NCBI GenBank assembly: GCA_046351215.1
Contig: JAXLYX010000012.1
Location: 146,751 to 210,750 of the forward strand
Origin: Polyangiales bacterium
GTDB taxonomy: Bacteria > Myxococcota_A > Polyangia > Polyangiales > Houyiibacteriaceae
Direction of reading: 5' to 3'
Length of the DNA: 64,000 nt
Part shown: positions 1-8,318 of the stretch, piece after piece
Numbering within the stretch: the first letter of the stretch is position 1
Layout: each line of letters opens with the position of its first letter
Program-made: the position numbers and the translations under genes
The notes under the pieces: model-generated
The model's input: the letters and a program-made list of their open reading frames with translations, nothing else
What the model was told of the DNA's origin: nothing
The model's database searches: none

Positions 1-39
1 AGTACGCGAGCCCGCCCGACGTGCCGTAGGGCGCGTCGT

Positions 40-969
40 CTATTCGACCCCCGCCATCCGCCGCAACGCCTCTCGAAGCGCCTTCCGATCCTCCGCCGAT
101 TCGCGCGTGAGCGGGCTCCGATGCGTCGGCCGCGGGGCGCGATCGTGCCAGAAGAGCCCGGTCGTCTTCGACGGCTCGTCGGCGGCCGCGAGCCAGACGA
201 TCGTGTCGGCCCCCTGCGCCGGCGTGCGGAGGAATGGCTTCGTCACGCGGAAGAAGTTCGGCAGGGACTCGCGCACGGCGGGCGTGTCGGCCCAGCCCGG
301 ATGCATGGAGTGGACGACGACGCCTCGGTCACGGAGCTCGTCGGCCCAGAGCTCCGTGAGGATCACCTGCCCTCGCTTCGTGCGCGCGTAGCAGGACGGA
401 CCGTCGTAGCGGAGCGCGCGCGTCTCGAGGTCGTCGACCCGGATGCGGGCCGAATACATGCCCCCCGAGCTCACGTTGATCACCCGCGACGGAGCGCTCG
501 CGACGAGCCTCGAGCGCAGGAGCTCGGTCAGCAGGTAGTGCCCGAGGAGGTTCGTCGCGAAGGTGACCTCGTGGCCTTCCTTCGTCTCGCGCCGCTCGTT
601 GATCAGCACGCCGGCGTTGTTGACGAGGACGTGGATCGGCTCGGCGCGTGACGAGAGCCGCGCGGCGAGCGCCCGGATCTCCGCGAGCAGCGAGAGGTCG
701 GCCACCTCCAATTCGACCCGCGCCGACGGCTTCTCGGCGAGGATCGCCGAGCGGGTCCGCTCGAGCTTCTCGCGGCTCCGGCCGACCAGGACGAGGTCCG
801 CCCCGAGGCCCGAGAGCCGGTGGGCCGCGGCCTCCCCGAGGCCCGAGGTGGCGCCCGTCAGGACCACCCGCCGGCCGTCCATGCGGGGAAGAGGGGTCCG
901 ATCCGGGTCGATCCGGCGTTCGTATCCGATGCGCGTGTACCCGATCAGGGTCGTGTCCAGGAGATCCAC
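40..969 (-). CDS. SDR-family short-chain dehydrogenase/reductase
   Basis: 309-aa ORF with the Rossmann motif TGATSGLG (TGxxxGxG), NNAG, and catalytic YARTK (YxxxK). Natural composition. Divergent from the operon starting at 1092. Confidence 0.9.
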   Translation of the reverse strand: MDLLDTTLIGYTRIGYERRIDPDRTPLPRMDGRRVVLTGATSGLGEAAAHRLSGLGADLVLVGRSREKLERTRSAILAEKPSARVELEVADLSLLAEIRALAARLSSRAEPIHVLVNNAGVLINERRETKEGHEVTFATNLLGHYLLTELLRSRLVASAPSRVINVSSGGMYSARIRVDDLETRALRYDGPSCYARTKRGQVILTELWADELRDRGVVVHSMHPGWADTPAVRESLPNFFRVTKPFLRTPAQGADTIVWLAAADEPSKTTGLFWHDRAPRPTHRSPLTRESAEDRKALREALRRMAGVE

Positions 970-1091
970 CCCCTCTTTCTAGGTTTTCCGGTCCGTTCGG
1001 CAAGAGAAGTCCAAAAAAAATCTGGACCGATGACGATAAACCCTGGACAGTCACTTGAGTGGACACCAAGGATCGGGGACCGGAGGCAGGG
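970..1091. promoter_or_regulatory. Divergent promoter/operator region between the SDR gene and the lipid-modification operon
   Basis: Locally the most AT-rich stretch. An A8 tract sits inside the inverted repeat GTCCA-N9-TGGAC (1009-1027). The direct repeat CTGGAC occurs at 1022 and 1043, 21 bp apart. GGAGG at 1082-1086 precedes ATG 1092. No promoter consensus identified. Confidence 0.3.
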
Positions 1092-2333
1092 ATGAAGGTC
1101 GCAGTGGTAGGTACGGGGATCTCGGGGCTCGTGGTCGCGCATCGGCTCGACCCGCTCCACGACGTCACCGTCTACGAGGCGGCCGATTACGTCGGCGGCC
1201 ACACGAACACCGTCCGTGTCGAGGTCGGCGGACGCCCCTGGCACGTCGACACCGGCTTCATCGTCCACAACGACCGCACCTACCCGAACTTCATCGCGTT
1301 GATGCGCGAGCTCGGCGTCGAGACGCGGCCGACGAGCATGAGCTTCTCGGTGAAGGACGACCGCTCCGGCGTCGAGTGGGCGAGCCGGGACCTCGACGGC
1401 TTCTTCGCGCAGCGTCGCAACCTGGTGCGCCCCTCGCACCTCCGCATGCTCGCGGAGATCCTCCGCTTCAACCACGAGGCGCCGAAGCTCCTCGACGCGC
1501 CCGACCAGGAGCTCACGCTCGGCGCCTACCTCGGGCGGGGCGGCTATTCCCAGACCTTCGTCGATCGCTACATCGTCCCGATGGGCGCGGCGATCTGGTC
1601 GACCGAGCCTTCGCTGATGATGGCCTTCCCGGCCGTCTTCTTCGTCCGCTTCCTCTACAACCACGGGATGCTGACGCTGACGGACAAGCCCACGTGGCGC
1701 GTCCTCGCGGGCGGCTCGCACACCTACGTGCGCGCGATCGTGGCCGGGCTCCGTAAGCCAATCCGGACGCGCACGCCCGTCGTCGGGATGACGCGCTTCG
1801 ACGATCGCGTCGAGATCAAGGACGCGCACGGTCAGGTCGAGTCCTTCGACGAGGTCGTGATCGCGACCCACTCGGACACGGCCCTCCGGCTCCTCGCGGA
1901 TCCGAGCGACGAGGAGAAGGAAATCCTCGGAGCGCTCCCCTACCAGCGCAACAAGGCCGTCCTCCACACGGACGAGCGCGTGCTACCCGGCGAGAAGCGA
2001 GCCTGGGCGAGCTGGAACTACCGCATCCCCCGTGACCGTCGGGACGGCGTGGCCGTCACGTACGACATGAACATCCTGCAGGGCCTCGACGCGCCCGTGA
2101 CCTTCTGCGTCTCGCTCAACGAGCGCGGCATCGACGAGTCGAGGGTCCTCCGCGAGATCGACTACGACCATCCGCTCTTCACGGTCGAAGGCGTGCGGGC
2201 GCAGAAGCGCTACGCGGAGATCGGCGGCAAGCGCCGGACGCATTATGCGGGCGCGTACTGGGCCTACGGCTTCCACGAGGACGGCGTCGTCTCGGGGCTG
2301 CGCGTGGTGAAGGCCTTCGGGGGGCGCTCGTGA
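1092..2333 (+). CDS. FAD-dependent oxidoreductase (amine-oxidase / desaturase-like flavoprotein)
   Basis: The track ORF starts at GTG 1059. ATG 1092 follows a GGAGG and gives MKVAVVGTGISGLVVA, placing the GxGxxG dinucleotide fingerprint at the N-terminus. 413 aa. The stop overlaps the next start (GTGA at 2330-2333). Confidence 0.85.
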   Translation: MKVAVVGTGISGLVVAHRLDPLHDVTVYEAADYVGGHTNTVRVEVGGRPWHVDTGFIVHNDRTYPNFIALMRELGVETRPTSMSFSVKDDRSGVEWASRDLDGFFAQRRNLVRPSHLRMLAEILRFNHEAPKLLDAPDQELTLGAYLGRGGYSQTFVDRYIVPMGAAIWSTEPSLMMAFPAVFFVRFLYNHGMLTLTDKPTWRVLAGGSHTYVRAIVAGLRKPIRTRTPVVGMTRFDDRVEIKDAHGQVESFDEVVIATHSDTALRLLADPSDEEKEILGALPYQRNKAVLHTDERVLPGEKRAWASWNYRIPRDRRDGVAVTYDMNILQGLDAPVTFCVSLNERGIDESRVLREIDYDHPLFTVEGVRAQKRYAEIGGKRRTHYAGAYWAYGFHEDGVVSGLRVVKAFGGRS

Positions 2334-3142
2334 GGACGTTCCAGAGCGCCCTCTACGAAGGGGTGGTGCGCCACTCCCGGTGGAGCCCGACCGAGAATTC
2401 CTTCTCGTACCGCCTCTTCTACACCTACCTCGACCTCGAGGAGATCGAGGCGCTCTTCGCCACGGATCGGCGCTTCGCGACCCATCCCTTCGCCATCGCC
2501 TCGTTCCGTCGCGAGGATCACCACGGGCTGCCCGGCGAGCCCTTGCAGGACGCGATCCGGACGCTCGTCGACGCGCGCCTCGGCTTCCGGCCCACGGGCC
2601 CGATCCGGCTGCTCACGCACCTCCGGTACCTCGGCTACGGGATGAACCCCGTCAGCTTCTACTACTGCTTCGACACGGAGGAGCACCTCCAGGCGATCGT
2701 CGCCGAGGTGAACAACACGCCCTGGGGCGAGCAGCATTGCTACGCCTTCGATTGCCGGGGCGGAGCGACGCGCGGGATGCACCGCTTCCGCTTCCGGAAG
2801 GCCTTCCACGTCTCGCCTTTCAACGCGATGACGCAGGACTACGACTGGCGCTTCTCCGAGCCCGGGGAAGACCTCCGCGTCGCGATGACGAACTCGGAGG
2901 GCGGAGAGCCCTTCTTCACCGCGACGATGGCGCTCGAGCGCGTCGAATGGTCGAGGTCGGCGGCGACGCGGATGCTGCTCCGGCATCCCCTCGTCCCCTT
3001 GAAGGTCGTCTCCGCCATCTACTTCCAGGCGCTCAAGCTCTGGTGGAAGGGCACGCCCTACCACGAGCACCCGAAGCACGCGATGGGACGCGTCGTCCCC
3101 TCGCGGTCACGAACGTCGGCAATCGAGGAGGTCAGGCCATGA
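2330..3142 (+). CDS. DUF1365 family protein
   Basis: 270 aa. The N-terminal LYEGVVRHSRW...FSYRLFYTYLDLEEI pattern is typical of DUF1365. Translationally coupled on both sides (GTGA at 2330, ATGA at 3139). Confidence 0.85.
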   Translation: MRTFQSALYEGVVRHSRWSPTENSFSYRLFYTYLDLEEIEALFATDRRFATHPFAIASFRREDHHGLPGEPLQDAIRTLVDARLGFRPTGPIRLLTHLRYLGYGMNPVSFYYCFDTEEHLQAIVAEVNNTPWGEQHCYAFDCRGGATRGMHRFRFRKAFHVSPFNAMTQDYDWRFSEPGEDLRVAMTNSEGGEPFFTATMALERVEWSRSAATRMLLRHPLVPLKVVSAIYFQALKLWWKGTPYHEHPKHAMGRVVPSRSRTSAIEEVRP

Positions 3143-4419
3143 ACGCACGGATGCCGAGCGCCCCGATCACGGGCCTCGCCACGAGCCTCGCGAAGAAGCT
3201 CGTCTTCGATCGTCTCTCGCGGATCCGCTCCGGGAAGCTCGTGATCGAGGACGCGGAGGGGACCTACGTCTTCGGTGACGACGCGCACACCAGCCTGCGC
3301 GCGACGATCACGATCCGGGAGTCCTGGGTCTACCTCGCGATCGCCACGAGCGGGGCGCTCGGGGCCGGCGAGGCCTTCATGGAAGGGGCCTGGGACGCCG
3401 ACGACCTCGTCGCGGTCGTACGCATCATGGCGCGCGCCGCCGTGCAGTACTCCGCCGTCGACACGAAGCTCGGCGTGCTGCGCAAGCCCGTCGACGGCTT
3501 CCTCCACGCGCTCCGCCGGAACACCGTGTCGGGCAGCCGGAAGAACATCCGCGAGCACTACGACCTCGGCAACGAGTTCTTCGCGCTCATGCTCGACCCC
3601 ACGATGATGTACTCGGCCGGCGTGTTCGAGCGTCCGGGCGCGACGATGGAAGAGGCCTCGATCGCGAAGCTCGATCGCATCTGCAAGAAGCTCGGGCTCA
3701 CGCCGGCGGATCACGTCCTCGAGATCGGCACGGGCTGGGGCGGCTTCGCGCTCCACGCCGCGGGCCGCTACGGCTGCAAGGTCACGACGACGACGATCTC
3801 GAAGGAGCAGCACGACCTCGCCGTTCGTCGCATCCGGGAAGCCGGGCTCGAGGATCGCATCACCGTGCTCCTCGAGGACTACCGGAACCTCTCGGGCACC
3901 TATTCGAAGGTCGTCTCCATCGAGATGATCGAGGCCGTCGGCGACGAGTTCCTGCCGACGTACTTCGGCGTCGTGAAGAAGCTCCTCGCGCGCGACGGGC
4001 TGGCGTTGATCCAGGCGATCACCGTGCCGGACGCCGAGTACGACGCGGCCGTGAAGTCCGTCGACTTCGTGAAGCGCTACATCTTCCCCGGCTGCCAGAT
4101 CCCCTCGATGGCGCGCATGGCGGAGTCGTGGGCCGAGACGACGGATTTCCGCCTCGTCTCGCTCGAGGACCTGACGCCCCACTACGCCTGGACGCTTCGC
4201 GCCTGGCGCGAGCGCTTCCTCGAGAACCGCGAGAAGGTGGCCGAGATGGGCTACCCGGAGCGCTTCCTGCGCATGTGGGAGTTCTACCTCGCGTACTGCG
4301 AGGGCGGCTTCGCGGAGCGGCGGATCGGCGACGTGCAGATCCTCCTCGCCCGTCCCGAGAACCGCGATCTCCCGCTCCTGCCCCCCCTGCACGACGCGCC
4401 GGCGATCCCGGCCGAATGA
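3139..4419 (+). CDS. Cyclopropane-fatty-acyl-phospholipid synthase family SAM-dependent methyltransferase
   Basis: 426 aa. Carries HYDLGNEFFALMLDPTMMYSAGVF and SAM motif I VLEIGTGWGGFALHAA, hallmarks of the CFA/mycolic-acid synthase family. Track ORF 2380-4419 is this frame with a spurious Arg/Pro-rich N-terminal extension. Confidence 0.9.
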   Translation: MNARMPSAPITGLATSLAKKLVFDRLSRIRSGKLVIEDAEGTYVFGDDAHTSLRATITIRESWVYLAIATSGALGAGEAFMEGAWDADDLVAVVRIMARAAVQYSAVDTKLGVLRKPVDGFLHALRRNTVSGSRKNIREHYDLGNEFFALMLDPTMMYSAGVFERPGATMEEASIAKLDRICKKLGLTPADHVLEIGTGWGGFALHAAGRYGCKVTTTTISKEQHDLAVRRIREAGLEDRITVLLEDYRNLSGTYSKVVSIEMIEAVGDEFLPTYFGVVKKLLARDGLALIQAITVPDAEYDAAVKSVDFVKRYIFPGCQIPSMARMAESWAETTDFRLVSLEDLTPHYAWTLRAWRERFLENREKVAEMGYPERFLRMWEFYLAYCEGGFAERRIGDVQILLARPENRDLPLLPPLHDAPAIPAE

Positions 4420-4430
4420 GGAGTCGAACG

Positions 4431-4904
4431 ATGTCCGATGGTTTCGCATCCACGCAGGCGACGAAGGACGAGGGCGCGGGCGCGCGTTTCGTCCGGCTCT
4501 TCGGCGCGTTCGGCTCGGGAGCGCCCGACGAGGTCGAGGCGCTCGCCGCGCTCTACGCCGACGATGCGGTCTTCGAGGATCCCTGGCAGCGCATCGTCGG
4601 TCGCGCCGCCATCGAGCGGGCGTTCCGCATCTTCCTCGGCGTCTCGAAGTCGCTCCGGATCGGGGTCCTGCGTTCGTCGGTCGTGGGCGAGGACGTCTTC
4701 CTGACGTGGAGGATGCGCCTCGTGCCCCGCGTGGGACCGGCGATCGTGATGGAGGGAGCGACCTACGCCCGGCTCGTGGACGGACGGGTGACCCTGCACC
4801 GGGACTACTGGGATACGGTGGAGACGGTGGGGCTCAGCATGCCGCTCCTGCCGCGCATGTTCCGGGCCCTCGGGAGCCTCGTCCGACGTTCGTCGGCCTC
4901 CTGA
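4431..4904 (+). CDS. NTF2/SnoaL-like small protein
   Basis: 157 aa, starting at ATG 4431, 11 nt after the methyltransferase stop. LYADDAVFEDPWQ...HRDYWD is typical of SnoaL-like NTF2-fold proteins. The upstream part of track ORF 4128-4904 is low-complexity. Confidence 0.7.
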   Translation: MSDGFASTQATKDEGAGARFVRLFGAFGSGAPDEVEALAALYADDAVFEDPWQRIVGRAAIERAFRIFLGVSKSLRIGVLRSSVVGEDVFLTWRMRLVPRVGPAIVMEGATYARLVDGRVTLHRDYWDTVETVGLSMPLLPRMFRALGSLVRRSSAS

Positions 4905-4941
4905 CCTGTCGGTGGAGCGGGGGCCGTGGCACCCTCGCTCC

Positions 4942-5718
4942 ATGGTCCGCTCCTCGACGCCCGTCCTCGTGACGATCCCGATCTCCCACTTCTGCGAGAA
5001 GGCTCGCTGGGCCCTCGATCTCGCGGGCGTGCCCTACCGCGAGGAGCCCCTGCCGCCCGTCTTCCACATGGCGCGGACGAGGCCGTCGGGGGTCGGGACC
5101 TCGACGCCCCAGCTCTGGCTCGGCGAGCGCGTGATCGGTCAGTCGAGCGAGATCGTGGCGTATGCCGACGAGCGGAAGGGGGGCGGCTTCCTCCTCCCGC
5201 GCGACGAGCTCGAGCGCGCCGAGGTCGAGCGCTGGATGGCGCTCCTCGACGAGGAGCTCGGACCGCACGTGCGTCGCTATGCCTACCACCACCTCCTCGA
5301 TCGGCCGGACCTCGTCTTCCCCTTGATGGTGCACGGGGTCGGAGCGCCCCAGCGGGTCGCGTTCCGGGTCGCCTTCGGGCCGGTGCGGACCTTGATGCGG
5401 AAGGCGATGCGCATCGAAGCCGCGACGGCGGAGCGCTCGCGCGCGAGGCTGCGCGCCGCGCTCGACACCGTGGGCGAGGCCCTCGCCGACGGACGCCCCT
5501 ACCTCGTCGGCGGTCGGTTCACGGCCGCCGATCTCACGCTCGCCGCGCTCCTCTCGCCCTTCGTCGATCCGCCGAGCTACCCGGTGCCGGTGATCGCCGT
5601 CGAGGACCTCCCTGCGCCGCTCGCCGACGAGGTGCGCAGGACGCGGCAGCATGCTGCCGGGAAGCATGCGCGTGCGATGTACGAGCGCCATCGGCGACCG
5701 GCGGGCGGCGCGAGCTGA
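4942..5718 (+). CDS. Glutathione S-transferase family protein
   Basis: 258 aa from ATG 4942. The N-terminus LVTIPISHFCEKARWALDLAGVPY is thioredoxin-like. The C-terminal helical part has GRPYLVGGRFTAADLTLAALLSP, typical of GST C-domains. Confidence 0.8.
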   Translation: MVRSSTPVLVTIPISHFCEKARWALDLAGVPYREEPLPPVFHMARTRPSGVGTSTPQLWLGERVIGQSSEIVAYADERKGGGFLLPRDELERAEVERWMALLDEELGPHVRRYAYHHLLDRPDLVFPLMVHGVGAPQRVAFRVAFGPVRTLMRKAMRIEAATAERSRARLRAALDTVGEALADGRPYLVGGRFTAADLTLAALLSPFVDPPSYPVPVIAVEDLPAPLADEVRRTRQHAAGKHARAMYERHRRPAGGAS

Positions 5719-5725
5719 GACGACG

Positions 5726-7051
5726 TCAGCCTCGCTTCTCGAAGACGACGCGGCTGCCGCGCGGCTGCGCGAAGGGCTTGTAGCGACGGACGAGCTCGGT
5801 GCCGGGCGCGAGCACCGGACGCACGCCGCGGGCGTGCATCGTGCGCGCGAAGGCGACGGCGAACTGTACGGTCTCGAGCCAGGCGAAGTGGTAGCCGAGG
5901 CAGAAGTGCGGCCCGCCGCCGAAGGCCGCGGTCTCGAGCGGGGTGATCGACTTCTTCCCCGTCCAGCGGCCGGGATCGAAGCGCGCGGGCTCGGGATAGA
6001 GCGAGGGATCGCGACCGAAGAGGGCGAGTGGCACGCCGAGCGAGACACCGGGCTTCGCGTCGTAGGCGCCGACCTTCATCGGCGCGAGCACCCTGCGGGA
6101 GATCATCCCGACGGGGGGATAGAGGCGCACGGTCTCGCGGAAGAGCGCCTCGGCGAACGGATGGCGTTCGAGATCCTTCGCGCTCCGAGGGACGTGGGGC
6201 GCGGCGAGCGATTCCTCGACGAGCGCGTCGAAGAGCTCGGGTCTCCGGGAGAGCTCGAGGACGAGCCAGGCCATCGTCGAGGCCGTCGTCTCGTGGCCGG
6301 CGAGGGCGAGGAGGCGGAGGTTGTCGAGGAGCTCGCGCTCGCCGAGGCCCTGGCCGTCCTCGTCGCGAGCGGCGAGGAGGGCGCCGACGATGCCCGCGTT
6401 CTCCGCGGACCGCGCCGTGCTCGCCATGATCGCGCGGAAGCGATCGTCGAGCCAGAGGCCGGCCTCGCGTCCGCGTCTCCGCGGCGTGCCGGGGAGATCG
6501 AGCTTGATCGGGAAGATCGTCAGGAGGAACTGCTGGTACTTGCGGGTCCACGCATCGAGATCCGACGCGGGGATGTCCATCACGCGGAAGACGATGTGGA
6601 GGGCGACGGTCTGCGTCTCGTCGTGCACGGCGATCGAGCGCTCGTCGAAACGGCCGACCCGATCCTCGATGACCTCGGCCGAGAGCTCGGCAGCGCCGCT
6701 CGAGGTGATGCCGCGCGGCGTGAACGGGCCGTTCATCGCGCCGCGCATCCGCCGGTGCAGCCCCCCGTCCGCGCCGAGCAGCGACTCGCCGATGAAGTGT
6801 TTCGCGACGTCCTTGTAATGGGCGCTCGTCGTCGTGCGGTTCTTCAGGAGATCGAAGGCCTCCTGGCCGGAGCAGACGAGGACCCAGTCGCTGAGCTTCA
6901 TCCAGAACTGCGGGCCGAGCTCGCGCGTCGCCTCCTCGAAGAGCACGGGGAGGTCCTCCGTGGTGCGGAGCAGGTGGCCCACGAACGGGAGCTGGCCCGG
7001 GAGGATCGGCAGGCCTTCCCGGGTTCGGGGCGTCGAGCGGGCAGCGGACAT
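5726..7051 (-). CDS. Cytochrome P450
   Basis: 441 aa. Heme-thiolate loop FGGGPHFCLGYHFA (FxxGxxxCxG), I-helix AGHETTAST, ExxR (ETVRL). Convergent with the GST gene. Confidence 0.9.
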   Translation of the reverse strand: MSAARSTPRTREGLPILPGQLPFVGHLLRTTEDLPVLFEEATRELGPQFWMKLSDWVLVCSGQEAFDLLKNRTTTSAHYKDVAKHFIGESLLGADGGLHRRMRGAMNGPFTPRGITSSGAAELSAEVIEDRVGRFDERSIAVHDETQTVALHIVFRVMDIPASDLDAWTRKYQQFLLTIFPIKLDLPGTPRRRGREAGLWLDDRFRAIMASTARSAENAGIVGALLAARDEDGQGLGERELLDNLRLLALAGHETTASTMAWLVLELSRRPELFDALVEESLAAPHVPRSAKDLERHPFAEALFRETVRLYPPVGMISRRVLAPMKVGAYDAKPGVSLGVPLALFGRDPSLYPEPARFDPGRWTGKKSITPLETAAFGGGPHFCLGYHFAWLETVQFAVAFARTMHARGVRPVLAPGTELVRRYKPFAQPRGSRVVFEKRG

Positions 7052-7070
7052 CGTGGCGGAGGAGCGTAGG

Positions 7071-7099
7071 CGAAAAACGTCCCGAGCGGCATCGGGACG
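7071..7099 (-). terminator. Rho-independent terminator candidate after the gene at 7124-7636
   Basis: On the minus strand: 8-bp perfect stem CGTCCCGA / TCGGGACG (7092-7099 and 7078-7085), 6-nt loop, then TTTTTCG (7077-7071). It lies 25 nt downstream of the stop at 7124. Confidence 0.55.
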
Positions 7100-7123
7100 C
7101 GTGGTCCGGGGGAGACGACGTCC

Positions 7124-7636
7124 TCAGTCGCCGGGGCCAGCCGGCGCCCGGGCGCGTCGAGCGCGTCCGGCGAGCAGCGCGAGCCCGAGCGCGGGGAGCG
7201 CGACGAGGTCGGTCGCATCGCGCACGAAGGCGACTCGATGGAGCTCCGGCCACGGGCGGCCCCGTGCGGCCGAGAGCGCTGCGGCGAAGGGCCATTGCAG
7301 CGCACCGAGCGCGACCGAGTAGACGTCTCCCGCCCAGGCCACCGTCTTGATCGCGGCGAAGACGAGGCCCGTGAGGAAGGTGCAGAGGGCGAGGCGCCGG
7401 GCGCTCGGCCGCGCGTCGCGGCCGAGGAGATGACGCACGACCTCCGCGAGCGCCTCGAGCACGAGAGGGAAGAAGGCGAGGCCGGCGAAGTCGGAGAGCT
7501 TGCCGGTGAGCAGGCCGGGCATCGCACGCTTCAGCACGTGATCGTTGAGGACGAGCAGCGCGATCGCGACGAGCGGGATCGGCTGGAAGAGCCCGGCCGC
7601 GGGCGCGGAGGGCTCGACGACGCGTGCTTCGGCCAT
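7124..7636 (-). CDS. Small polytopic membrane protein, DUF2809-like
   Basis: Only the C-terminal 170 aa of track ORF 7124-8584 look natural. They start at ATG 7636 (MAEARVV...), are hydrophobic, and contain NDHVLKR...GKLSDFAG, as in DUF2809 proteins. The upstream 316 aa are Arg/Asp/Pro shadow sequence. Confidence 0.6.
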   Translation of the reverse strand: MAEARVVEPSAPAAGLFQPIPLVAIALLVLNDHVLKRAMPGLLTGKLSDFAGLAFFPLVLEALAEVVRHLLGRDARPSARRLALCTFLTGLVFAAIKTVAWAGDVYSVALGALQWPFAAALSAARGRPWPELHRVAFVRDATDLVALPALGLALLAGRARRARAPAGPGD

Positions 7637-7653
7637 CCCGCGCTCGCGAAGGC

Positions 7654-8220
7654 TCAGGGCGTGACGAGCTTCACGTCGACCTTCGTCTCGACCGGCGCCG
7701 AGGCTCCGTTGCCCTCGAGGATGCCGGTCGCCGACCAGTCGATGCGCACTTGCGAGCTGCCGAGCGATGCGCCGCTCGCCACGGCGACGCTGGTGGTCGC
7801 GTCGATCTGGCAAGGAGCGGTCGAGCAGGGGAGCTCGATCTCGATCTCGGTCCAGCTGCCCTCGGTGCTCGACTCGAGCGGCGAGGTCTTGGCCTGACCG
7901 TTCTTCGGCGTGACCGTGACCGTGAGGGGCACGGCGCCGCCCGACGTCGTCGTCGCCACGACGCCGTATCGGAGGATCAGGCTGTGGGTGTCGGTCCCCG
8001 TGCCGTCGACCTTGAAGTGCTGGTTGAACGAGGTCGTGGTGCCCGAGAGCGTGCCCGTCATCGGTGCGTTCGCGAGCGGGAGGACCTCGTAGAGGGCCCA
8101 CGTCGCGTCGCTGCCGTTCGAGGCGAGACTGGCGGCGCAGGCGCAGGCGAGGACCGTGGTCCGGAGGACCCGCGACAGGAGACGGGGATTCGTGACTCGG
8201 AAGCGAGACGAGAGCGACAT
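7654..8220 (-). CDS. Secreted or lipid-anchored Ser/Thr-rich beta-type protein, unknown function
   Basis: 188 aa from ATG 8220. Signal peptide MSLSSRFRVTNPRLLSRVLRTTVLAC with a possible lipobox (VLAC). The mature part is rich in T/S/G/V with alternating beta-strand-like patterns. No family recognised. Confidence 0.6.
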   Translation of the reverse strand: MSLSSRFRVTNPRLLSRVLRTTVLACACAASLASNGSDATWALYEVLPLANAPMTGTLSGTTTSFNQHFKVDGTGTDTHSLILRYGVVATTTSGGAVPLTVTVTPKNGQAKTSPLESSTEGSWTEIEIELPCSTAPCQIDATTSVAVASGASLGSSQVRIDWSATGILEGNGASAPVETKVDVKLVTP

Positions 8221-8318
8221 CGGTACCCTGGGTGGACGCCACGGGGCTCCGCGTCGCACGGCCCCCGGACGCCCCGACGCTACCATCGTCCGGCGCCGAG
8301 GAGGAGAGGGCTCCCGGA

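Noticed and set aside
5577-7295. 572-aa minus-strand ORF and 472-aa plus-strand ORF (5651-7069) overlapping the P450 gene.
   Set aside because: They are extremely Arg/Pro/Ala-rich. The P450 frame (5726-7051) carries the FxxGxxxCxG, ExxR and I-helix motifs.
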